Shown here: positions 11,702 to 23,700 of the stretch, in pieces
Layout of the letters: the number at the start of each line of letters is the position of its first letter
Numbering within the stretch: position 1 is the first letter of the stretch
NCBI GenBank assembly: GCA_002633005.1
Contig: NMRA01000077.1
Coordinates: forward strand, 951,045-1,015,044
Source of the DNA: Phoronis australis
Taxonomy: Eukaryota > Animalia > Phoronida
DNA: 64,000 nucleotides
Direction: 5' to 3'
Program-made: the position numbers and the translations under genes
The notes under the pieces: generated by a model
Database searches by the model: none
The model's input: only the letters and a program-made list of their open reading frames with translations
What the model was told of the DNA's origin: nothing

Positions 11702-14700
11702 CTGAAATTAAAGGAAAATATTTTTCAGTTTAAGTGACAAATAATGAAAGTGTGTCAATACATTACTATTCATACCTGACACTGACCTAAATACCACCTC
11801 AGAGAATACGGTGCCATTGTCATTTGTCTGTGTAAGGAATGGTACATACTGGCCATTTCAAATTGTACAATCATTTTTGCAAAGTGGGTCTACTGGTCCC
11901 CAGTGGTTGGAAGTGTACGACAAACACTGCCTATACAAGATGCAAATTAGGCACTCCAAGATCTACTACAACTATCCTCACCTCAACTTCGCTGGAAGTG
12001 GTGACGTTAAATCGCTGTTTTCTATTTTGGGCTTTGTCAGATGCAGACTGCAATGAAGAATAAGGAATGCTGAGCAACAATGGGGTAGCATACACATTAA
12101 ACGAATGTGTGAAACATGGAGTATAAAGATTAACTTGCCTGATGCCAAAATCACAAAGATGACCAGCCAGTGAGGAGAAACAAATTAATTATTAATTACA
12201 TAACTTAATTAAAGAAGAATACTACCTGCAACTACTTTATATCAGAAATCTATTTATCTACACAATGAAATTTGCAAGAAAACGAACTTGTCCTCGTTAA
12301 TTTTCAAATTTTTAAAGTGACATAAGACATTTGATATTTAGCAATCTATAAAAAAGATAATATGCAAAACTGATTAAACACACGACACTTTTCGAAACCA
12401 ACAGTCTCTATTCCTTCTGTTTAATCAATTTTGCATATCAGAAAACTTACTTCCAAAGTACAGCAAATGAATACAGAATAAAATTTACGAGTGAAAAGAA
12501 ATTTTAAATTTGACAAAAGTTTAATCAAGTGGCCGCTTACATTGTTGACTGCATTGCTTTTAGAAAAAGTCTATAAAGTCCATTTCCCACTAATTTGCCA
12601 ATTTCTCCTAAGGGAGTGTTTATATATTACAAAGAGCAGGAAGTTTGACTAACGATAAGGGGAGGGGAGTTACACTCATGGTGATGTCATCCTGTGGTTT
12701 ATTAGAATATCTCCATCACAATACATGTTGTTGGGAAAGTGGTTCTTCTTCAAGTGGAACTGACTTGATCCAAAACTGGGACCTTCCGTTCCAGCCAAGC
12801 ATTGATCATATTTTACAAGGCTTGCCAAACGACAGCCCCACTCCATCACTGTCCAAACCCATCACTGACAACAGCCGTACTCCCAAAAGTTGGGTCACAT
12901 TAAACACGGGAGTAACGCCACCGAGTTTCAAAGCAGAATTTGTACCAAATGGAATGCATGTTGCCCTACCCTTAAAGCAATTCAACTTCACACGGCCATT
13001 TGTACAGGCAGGAGAGCAACTGTGAGGAGCCGTGGTTGGACATTGGCGACAGTCCCAACCACCAGACAACATATTCGCATAACTGAACCATTTGTTTTGT
13101 TCAAATGGAAATAAAAAGTGACAATTGACTTTATTTCATTGCTGAATACAACAGTGGCAAACGAAACTTGGTTCTTCCAAAAACAGGGATAGAAGGTTGT
13201 CTACGATAACGTAATCAGAAGCTGGATTGAGGAGAGGGATTACATCATGATGGGTGTTGGCTGTGGGGAGGGAGTAAAAAATAGCAAATTTTGGATACCA
13301 TAGTAAACAAGATTGGTGCACTAGATGCCTGTTTTGCCAAATTTCATGAAGATGCAAAGGGAAACAAAAAAAATGAAATTACCACAAAGGTGCACTTTAG
13401 CACTGCTCTCTGACGTAGCGCAAATTTACACAATGCCATAAATAATGTCTTGCTGTGTAACGTTTCCAATGACTTCAAGCACCGCTTAAGTTATTTTAGT
13501 TTCGTTTCTTAGTTTGACAGCATGCCTTTACCATTTTGGAAATAAACTGAGAAGCAAAATACAAGGGATGGACACGATGGTGTACCTTGAGAGGTCCATC
13601 CCTGTCTTCATCACGACAAGGTTCCTGACAAGGATGCCAAAAACGACCAGGGAGCACCACAAAGATGAGAACCCAAAGTAAGCCAATATAAATAGAGGTA
13701 TTTTGCACCACCACGATGGCAATCACGCTCAAACCGTGCATTGCTTAGCAAGCTATTCAGTCTTTGTTTACAAGCCTTTGTGCAGCTTTTCAAAAAATAC
13801 CTTGAGTGAAATTGATTTGGGCGGGCACTTCTTTAGAGTGAGTGTGGGTCTCATAATGAGTCGGGGTACACACCAGAACCAACTAGGCTTTTTGGTCTAA
13901 TCTGAGTTATGTACAGTTAGAGACCAGTAATGCAACCGCCTAATCCATAAGTTATGATCGTTCGTTGTATTGAAAATCATAGAAGTGTATTCTATCAAAC
14001 TGCACCACAACAGCACTTATACAGCACAAGTCCCCAGTCAAGAGTACTGTACAACTCTCTTAAAGCTATTCCACAAGACTCCAGCCAACTGTATCACACA
14101 CCTCTCTTGTAATGTTACAACCAACATTAATGTACATCTAACTTATAATGTTCTATTCCAAGTTTCATGTTTAAGACGGTGTTTGTTGCATTGCAAACTT
14201 AGGCAACTGGTTATCCAACAACTGAATAACTGTAATTAGTCTGACTGTTTAAAGTTGATGAGGTGTGGTCACGAGTCTTCCCTTAAAAAGTTAGCAATCT
14301 TTACAAAGACAGCATTCCATATCAGAAATGTTCTATAGTCTTGTGCATCACATTTGTTTGTTTGCTTGTTGTGTAATGTACTATTGGCCATGTTTGTACA
14401 TATTCTATACATGGACACAGACATGCAGACACACACAGACCGACACACACAGACAGACCCAGACACGACACACGCACATACACCACACACAAACACGCAC
14501 GCGAACGCACACACACTTTGGTAACAATGGATGTTGAAAGAGCAATGAGGTTCATTGTGATGTTGTTTGACTGTGTTGAAATTAAAACATACAGTAGCGG
14601 TATTTGAGTGAAAACCTTGTGCTTAAATGCACGTATAAATCTGAAAAGTATGGGCCCAGTTCGGCTCAAAAGTTGATCAATTGCAAGGCATGCTTCAAGT

Positions 14701-17700
14701 AACCTTGAGTTAGACTCACATTCAGTGGAGTAGTAGTACTAACAACTCAAGTAACCTTGAGTTAGACTCACATTCAGTGGAGTAGTAGTAGTAACAACTC
14801 CAAACCGCTCCATTCGTCGCTTCATTTTATCTGTTAAAGGTGGCTGCAAACAGATGATTGAAATCAGTCAGAGAAACTAATGCAATACAACAGTTATTGG
14901 CCATCAGAACATTTATGGGTCACGCACAGGTCTATGATACTAACGCATAAGGAAAATTTGTAGTCCTCTATTTTCTTGCTTTTGAAAAATTGAATTCAGT
15001 ATTGTGTGCGACTGGTAAAAGTTGGCACATGATATTCAATGGTACTGTAATTTCAATTCAAGGCTTTAATCCCCAGCAACAAAATTTGCATCAACACTGT
15101 TGAACTTGGAACAGTGACACCACGCTAAAAAGATATTGAAAAACAAATATCTGTACTCTAATTACATGTATTCAAACATGGTACTGTGCCATTTTCAGAA
15201 AGTTCTGGCTCATATTTGCAAAGTTATAATCGTGTCTAAAATCTTGAGTCCTATCTGCATAGCCCGAGAATTTTCTACTTTTACAAGAAAATTGACTGCA
15301 CAATGATCCTTGCTTTTCATTATTTTGTAGTAAAAATAATAATGACACGCTAAGCAAGTAAGAATAAATCAATGTTCTACGAATTAACAGAGGAAGCAAA
15401 ATATTTAAGCTCTGGTTGGATTTTTGCTCAGGCAAGACCCCGAATACTGCAATACCCCGAATACTGTAAAATCAAATCGAATCAAGACCCCAAATACTGT
15501 AAAATCAAATCGAATCAAGACCCCGAATACTGTAAAATCAAATCGAATCAAATAAAACACTGAAAACATTAGTGATGCCATTTAAATATAAGTTTCAACT
15601 TACGGATGTTTTGGCGATGGTAGTTATGTCTGCTTTCCCACTGTGTGCAATACCAAACCTACAAAATTCCATCCGTGCAAATACAAACTGTAGAAGTGAA
15701 AGTCATGCACCAGATTAAGAAATCCGTTTTGGTCACTAGTGGTTCATTTTACTTATAGTCTCTACACCCAGTCAAGTTTAAATCCTATAAAAACAGTCCC
15801 ATTTTTAATCACACACTCATGACTAATGCGAACATCTGACAACACTGTAGTTCAGTGGTTTGGGAACCAGACTCCATGAAGGAGACTTGGATTTCAAATC
15901 CTGGCATTGACGGAAGATAGCTGTACACAGACATATCTCCTATTACCCAGACCTAGATCTTAGTACTGAATGTATGTGGCAGTGAATGAGAAACCTGGAA
16001 ACATAGTGACCACTCAAACAAAATATATAACATAGTGACCACTCAAACAAAATCTATAACATCCAACTGCTTTAAAGGGAATATCTGGTCTATTTGACAC
16101 ATTCTGAAATGTACTTCAAATCATTTTAGTCAATTGTAACAAAATAATGTTATCAATTCTTGAAAACTTAAAAGTGCTTAAAATCACCAATTTCATGACA
16201 AACACCAAAAAACAACCCCGCCACCCAATCAGCGGTCAAATTAGAACACCTGGAAACACTATATGATGATATATTAATAAGCTGATCTCGACTTACGAGC
16301 ATTTATTGGTCGAAATTTATTATGCAAAATTGGGACAACCAATTGTAGCACAAATCATCCTCCACTGTGTTTCATGTGAAAAGTTGTCAGATATTGCTGC
16401 TCGTTTTCCCGTGGTTTACGGTATAAAAAAGAATAGCGGGGCGTTGCATTGGTGGTGGTCGAATCAACTCAGTATTTAACAATGTTGTGGTTCTTTTCCC
16501 TTTCCTGTGAGAAGCGCGGATATGGCTTAAGTTTGTACAAGAAACTCGCGTGTTGGTGGACAGAACACACTGGCCCTGGGTACATTCATGCGTCAAACTC
16601 CGTGGAGCTAAGATACATTCATGCGTCAAACTCCGTGGAGCTAAGATACATTCATGCGTCAAACTCTATGGAGCTAAGATACATTCATGCGTCAAACTCC
16701 GTAGAGATAAGATACATTCATGCGTCAAACTCCATGGAGATAAGATACATTCATGCGTCAAACTCCGTGGAGATAAGATACTCAACTAAACACTTTTCTT
16801 CTATTTTCATGTTTTTGGGATTTTGAATTCATGATTGTGATATGCAGTGCAGGAAAGGTTAATGATGTTAACAATGTAGTCACATGTCAAAACAAGGTAA
16901 ATGGTGGTTTTAAGCACTTTAAAAAGTGTGACGTAGTGAGCAAGTGTGGCTGAATCACAGTGTGTCTGCCCAGGTAAGTCACTCTTGTATTGGTTCTATT
17001 GTTTCTGGCATCACTACTCAAGTCAAGGGGAAACTGTTATATAATGGGACTGGGACTGAAAAAATGAGGCATCTTGGTCATTAAGCACAATTATAAGAAT
17101 TGAAAATTAAGGCAACATAGCTTACTTGGACTGGTAGTACATCAACTCTACCAGTTTGAGGAACTGGTATTGATGTTAACTTCATTTTAAAACATCGACT
17201 GAAAAGGATCAAATAACTTTCAGGGCAACTTAAATGCCACATCGACCAAAAAGGCTTTCCAAAAGGTAACATTCCCTTTTAAATCTCTTTCAGGACCAAC
17301 AGTTAATGGAAGGTAACAACAGCCCCTGACATGACACAGATTTTCCAAACCAATGGCCATACAAAAATCTCCAGCAAAAATTCCGGCAAGTACCGTTCAG
17401 CTCTGGCTTTTTTCTTGGCCTCCGGATTATCAATGCTAAATCTCTTTGCTCGCTCCAGCTTCTTCGTAACGTCATTCTCCTTGGAGGACACATTTGACAA
17501 ACCAAACTTCTTAGCTCGCAGCATTTTTTTCTGCTCATCGGATGTGACTCCAAACTTACTCGCTCGAAGCTCCTGCCTCTAAGAAACAAAGAGAATGGAG
17601 AGTTTGGATGTGACAGTTCATGAATAATATTGCAAGTGTTTAAATTGCTAAATACTCTACAATAGTTGAAACACAATAACAAAAAAGAATTAGTTTCTGA

Positions 17701-20700
17701 TTAGAAGCGATTATTAAGCAAAGGAAAACTCAACGCATTTCTGTTCCGGATGATTGCTGACGTGTCATTTTATATGTCAAATATAATCTGCCAGATGTAG
17801 GACACTGTCAGCTAGATGGAATTAGAAGCCATAACACTCACTGAACTAGCCAGACTTTACACAGTTGATGGTATATATTGTCAACATTCACCACGGAATC
17901 AATCATGCTTGTAAGACCATCCCCCTTCTTCAACACCAAATCTGTGCTATTCACAAATGCAAGCACAAAATGCATCATTTTTCACTTGCTTAAAAGAGTT
18001 CTTGTCAACTACTGAGCCAATATTTTATGAAATATTATTAATCTTATACGCTAACACTTACAGTGCATGAACTGCCCTTTTACAATAGGGACATTGAAAA
18101 TTGTGTTTCACTTCAGGATGTTGACTTACGCCACTTACTTCAGCGTCGGACAGTTGTGTTACGCCTGTCTTTGCCACGACTTTTGAAGCCTCTGGTTTCA
18201 CATTGGCAGCACTGGAACACAGATGAAAAGTTCTTCATGAGAAACGTAACTGGTTAAAATTTACTGCTGTAAAACTGGGCTAAACTTGTTTCTTACTCCA
18301 ACAAGAAGTGGTGTGTAGGCTTGGAAATAACTGCAATTTGTTATTGCTCAGAAAATATGCTCACTACAGAAAATGACTTGCTGTGACGAGCAATCTTGTA
18401 GAGCATGTTCTCAAGAAATAACAAACTCAGTCTTCTCCACGCCCACACCCCCAATGTGACTAAAAAAAATTTTAGACCAATTTCAAAACAATAACTGGTC
18501 TTAATTAAGTCAGTTTTTGTGACAAAAGACGGGCTTATTGCAGTGTTAAGTAACAACTAACAGTTGTGTATAAACTATATCGATTTCCCCTCAATTTAAG
18601 AAAAGGACAGAGAAAGAGTGCCACTGGGTTGAAGTCCAAAGCTTCAACTTCTTCAAAATGTTTTTGACGGATAAAAATTTGTGTTGTGCAGACCTGTATA
18701 ATACAGGCAAAAAATGCGGATTTGTACGGAAATCAAGCCTCCAGTATGCAAGTACGCACGGCCAGGCAAAAATACGCAGATTCAAGAGATTATTAATTTA
18801 CTTGTTTCTCAATTAATACGTCAATTTGTAGTCAAAACGGATGAAGAAGATTTTAAAGCTAGAAATTAAAACAAGAGCAACGCAGAGCGTTGAAATGCGC
18901 CCACAATTGCACCGCATACGGTATCCTTCTAGGGTTGTTTATTGGTACCATAAAGTGGCCAGTAGAGGGCATATATGTAGTATGTTGTACTTAGCAAAAT
19001 GGAAAGGCATGGTCATTGTCTCCTCAATAGNNNNNNNNNNNNNNNNNNNNNNNNNNNNNNNNNNNNNNNNNNNNNNNNNNNNNNNNNNNNNNNNNNNNNN
19101 NNNNNNNNNNNNNNNNNNNNNNNNNNNNNNNNNNNNNNNNNNNNNNNNNNNNNNNNNNNNNNNNNNNNNNNNNNNNNNNNNNNNNNNNNNNNNNNNNNNN
19201 NNNNNNNNNNNNNNNNNNNNNNNNNNNNNNNNNNNNNNNNNNNNNNNNNNNNNNNNNNNNNNNNNNNNNNNNNNNNNNNNNNNNNNNNNNNNNNNNNNNN
19301 NNNNNNNNNNNNNNNNNNNNNNNNNNNNNNNNNNNNNNNNNNNNNNNNNNNNNNNNNNNNNNNNNNNNNNNNNNNNNNNNNNNNNNNNNNNNNNNNNNNN
19401 NNNNNNNNNNNNNNNNNNNNNNNNNNNNNNNNNNNNNNNNNNNNNNNNNNNNNNNNNNNNNNNNNNNNNNNNNNNNNNNNNNNNNNNNNNNNNNNNNNNN
19501 NNNNNNNNNNNNNNNNNNNNNNNNNNNNNNNNNNNNNNNNNNNNNNNNNNNNNNNNNNNNNNNNNNNNNNNNNNNNNNNNNNNNNNNNNNNNNNNNNNNN
19601 NNNNNNNNNNNNNNNNNNNNNNNNNNNNNNNNNNNNNNNNNNNNNNNNNNNNNNNNNNNNNNNNNNNNNNNNNNNNNNNNNNNNNNNNNNNNNNNNNNNN
19701 NNNNNNNNNNNNNNNNNNNNNNNNNNNNNNNNNNNNNNNNNNNNNNNNNNNNNNNNNNNNNNNNNNNNNNNNNNNNNNNNGCACAAAAACAGACTCGAAA
19801 ACACTAAAAATGGCCACTAGGTGGCGCAAACTATGTCGAATCCATCTGAAAACGGCAGGATAGCGTCATCTCACTAATAGGTGCCTACATACCAAATTTC
19901 ATGAAAATCCGTTCAGGACTTTTGGAGATACAAAGGTAAGCGTAAAAAACTAAAATTGCCACTAGGGGGCACACCGGTAGTCGGATCCGTCCGAAAGTTC
20001 GCACATGCCGTCCCATTCATGAATGGAACATATGTGCCAAATTTCATGAACGTATGTCAAAGGGTTTTGGAGATAGAGCAGCGGACGCCGGACGCCAGAC
20101 GCCGCCCGGACGGACGGACGGACGGACAGAGATGACGGCATAATGCGTCCATATATAAATATGTGGGCGCATAAAAATATTGTAGTAAAATCATTATTTT
20201 AGCCAAAAAGTTGAGCTACAAACTCGGAAAACTTGCTTCGTTTCATTCTCAGAATAGCCTGATAATCGGCGAATTGCAAGGCCTCTTCTATTGGTATGTG
20301 TGTCACAGGCCTAACCTATAAGCAACGACTTCTGCGATTCGTGGATTGCTTACTTCATTTATTTCTGGCTATTTACGGCGAAATATGAACTGTTGACAAA
20401 ATGGCAAAGCGTGAATGGCCGCATATTCCGAGTTGTGAAGAAAGTAGCTTCTGAAAGAAGGGAACATCGATTCTGTTTTTGCCACACTATTCCAAAGAAT
20501 GACAATGCCTTATTCAAGGGACTGTGAAATTCATACTGAAGTTGTATAGCGAATCGTTTTTTTGCGGACATGGTGACTGCACCGACTTCGACATGTTGAG
20601 ATGATAATAACACTCGAGCCACAGTCGAGGTTTTTTTCGCATGCAGTACGCAGGTACGTGTTAGATACTTGCAATGAATAATTATTCAAAACTTTTTGTG

Positions 20701-23700
20701 AATGCTTAAGAAAATATCATCTGGTGTGAAACATTGTCCAGTGCAGATTCATAAATGCACTTTTGCAGATGTCAGGGCTTGGAATCACCAATGGCGAAAA
20801 ACGCGGAAATTTTTACCGCCCGAAACATGCGCGCAGCCAGCCTTGAAAAAGTCGGTGTCGATCTTTTGCCAACAAAGATCGAGACTAAAAAAAAAAACAA
20901 AGAAAAACGGTACCACCTCCGGAAGCGTGCGTCTGCTTCTGTGTTAACTGTAACTCGTTCGCCACTCCCGCCTCCAAACATTTTTGGCTGCAGAGTCGTA
21001 GTATTTGTCACCACGGTTTACAGTCACACGAGCCGCCACTGAAGAAATCCACCACGCTATCCCAGATGCCCCGGCAATGTTGACAATTTACGTTCCTCCG
21101 AAAAATAAAGAGCAACTTCCGCTTTTCGAGGTGAAAGTCGTCGGCAACGCGGCGGTAAGAAAGAAATTTGCCGTGGAAATTTTATATCAAATCCTATTTT
21201 TTATGCGGAAACATAATAAAATACGTGGACAGAACATTTGAAAAAAGCGGAAATCCGCGTTTCCGCGGAAAATTCCAAGCCCTGAGATATTTTTGTGTTA
21301 AGAAATGAGGTGTACATTGTAAGTTCAGTAAGGACCTTTTCTATTGATCAAGACTTTTCACTAAGCACGTTGTCCCTCAACTAAACGCCTTAGATTATTC
21401 TGAAAATTGGTGATTACATGTATTTTATAAACTGTTTCAGACGTAAGAAAGTAGGACAAGTACCCATGCGTGTACCCAGGGGGGGGGGCCATTTGGCACA
21501 GTGGGCAAAACGGTCCTCCTGAGAAACTAAAAGTCCGAGAAAACGAGACAAATGTCCACTAAAAAGGCACCAAAAGCCCAATTCATAGCTCTGAACAAAG
21601 CGGTTTTTTAGTGAAAGGTCTACTGCGAAAAAGTCGNNNNNNNNNNNNNNNNNNNNNNNNNNNNNNNNNNNNNNNNNNNNNNNNNNNNNNNNNNNNNNNN
21701 NNNNNNNNNNNNNNNNNNNNNNNNNNNNNNNNNNNNNNNNNNNNNNNNNNNNNNNNNNNNNNNNNNNNNNNNNNNNNNNNNNNNNNNNNNNNNNNNNNNN
21801 NNNNNNNNNNNNNNNNNNNNNNNNNNNNNNNNNNNNNNNNNNNNNNNNNNNNNNNNNNNNNNNGGTGCTGTCACATTCAATTCAAAAGCAGCGCTCTACC
21901 TAGATGTCGAAGAAACAGACTGTAGTACTTTCAAATCTTCAACTTCTGTCAACGTGTCCACAACAGTGTCGTCCTCTGGTGTGGAATCCTGAAATGAACG
22001 ACAAGTTGTATCAGGTCTGAGTTAATTTAGTCACAAATGTGCGACGAGTGGTGTAAGGGTAGTTACTTAAAATCATAAATCAGAAAAAATTGACCATTTT
22101 TATGTGCAGTATATTTTCTCACAACACAGCAGGAACTCTGAGCCCACCAGACATATGAGCTCTGCTAAAAGCAGAATTTTAAATGTTTTTTAAGAAAAAG
22201 GTCATCTTTTTGAAGTTCTGTTAGTTGATGCTAAACGTTTTGACTTTTATGTTCAGTTTAAAGGAGAATACCACCCAAAAACAACCCGGTTTGTATCAAT
22301 TTTGATCAAGTAGTTCCACTCGATGGCAGCAAGTACAGCTCTTCTACCTGACACCTGACGGCAGACAGATGTTGTGAAATTAAACAATGACGTCAAGAGA
22401 TTTGAATGACGTCATAGGTTCTAACACAGTCTGTTCAGCAGTTCACAACACACTTACTGGTGTCAGCTTATCACTTGAATTCATCGATTTACACAAATAA
22501 ATCATCAAAATTCAATGAAAAACCCTTACAAATACATCGAGTTATTGAAAAAACGTGTTATTTTATTTCGCTATTATGGATTTTTAGGTATTTGAACGTA
22601 CCGTAGCCTACAAAGTTTGGTAGGCCAATTTACCAAGGTTGGTCGCGGGCCGGAGTTTGGGGTCTGTCCGGTGATAAAATTCAAATTATTCATCCGTGAA
22701 ATACAGACAGGAGAACGTAGCTGTGTTGCAATTTTAGACTAGCGATTTTTTTCAGATCTCAATGCACAAAATGGCCAGTGGCTCGGAACTCGATCATGTC
22801 CATCGCGACCGGACTGAAGACATCACGAACATAAACCAGCCAAAGTTGGAAACTAAACTTCCAGTCACGAAAAGACTATACCACTAGCGAGCCAAAGAAA
22901 ATATGAGCACATGATTATTTTGGTGAATTAGTCGCGAAACTGCAAATCTACTTACTAGCTCGTCGGGGGCCCGCAAAGTCAGGTTACCCTTCCACAGCCC
23001 GTCAGGGCAAAAGTTGTACAGTAACAATGATTCGAATAATGTATGTGAATATCTAACTAAAGATTCCCCTAACATGTGACCATAGGATATAAAATCGAGT
23101 TATCGTTTCACAAAAGATTTCTGTCAGCAAACACTTAATTAGCTTGCACTCACACCACCTCAGTGCCCGGTCAATTAGTTTATTGCATCTAAAGCCGGTG
23201 ATGCTGTGATTTATTCATTGCTGGCTTCTCAAAATATTTGCATTCGCGAACACTCCCAAGGCATTACAAATTGTATCTAATGAGACAGACTTTGTTTTAG
23301 TTGGTTAGGGTGAGAATAATTCATTTTGAAACAGATCGCACGATAATAAAGTTAACGTCAATGTGACACTACTCGCAATCCCGACTTTAACGAGTGCTCA
23401 TCCGACGAAGACTTCACAAGTCGATCGTTAGGCTTCACAGGCTATCAGTTCGAACTGGAACACACTGATCAAAAATAACAGAGAGGCTCCGTGAACGTGC
23501 AAAGACAACGGAACATATGGATAGTTCCGAAAACCATTTGAACGAATTGTCATGGAGTCAGTGAGCTAACTGTACGATAATGGAAATGACTGATGGTTGC
23601 TCCTGCTTCCACAAAATTCCGCAAGTGAAACGCCTTCTTGGAATAGTGCTGATATGTCTCACGGACCATCCTGATTTTTACCGCATCTACACAGAAGTGT

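Noticed and set aside
13540-13620. Intronic C/D snoRNA candidate (GTGATGA on the minus strand at about 13610)
   Set aside because: No D box (CTGA) or terminal stem at a suitable distance.
16581-16781. CRISPR-like appearance of the 30-36 bp repeat arrays (7.4, 16.6, 28.2, 37.4 kb)
   Set aside because: The units are head-to-tail with no unique spacers, there are no cas genes and the context is eukaryotic; they are minisatellites.
17303-17393. Hydrophobic extension YLPEFLLEIFVWPLVWKICV... of the SARNP exon 5 ORF
   Set aside because: It is read-through into the intron; splicing at 17394 to exon 6 restores the conserved RAERFG motif.
18841-19863. Long ORFs in the ORF track at 18.8-19.9 kb, 21.6-21.9 kb and 62.4-63.4 kb
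   Set aside because: They are artefacts of N runs translating as X with no stop codons.
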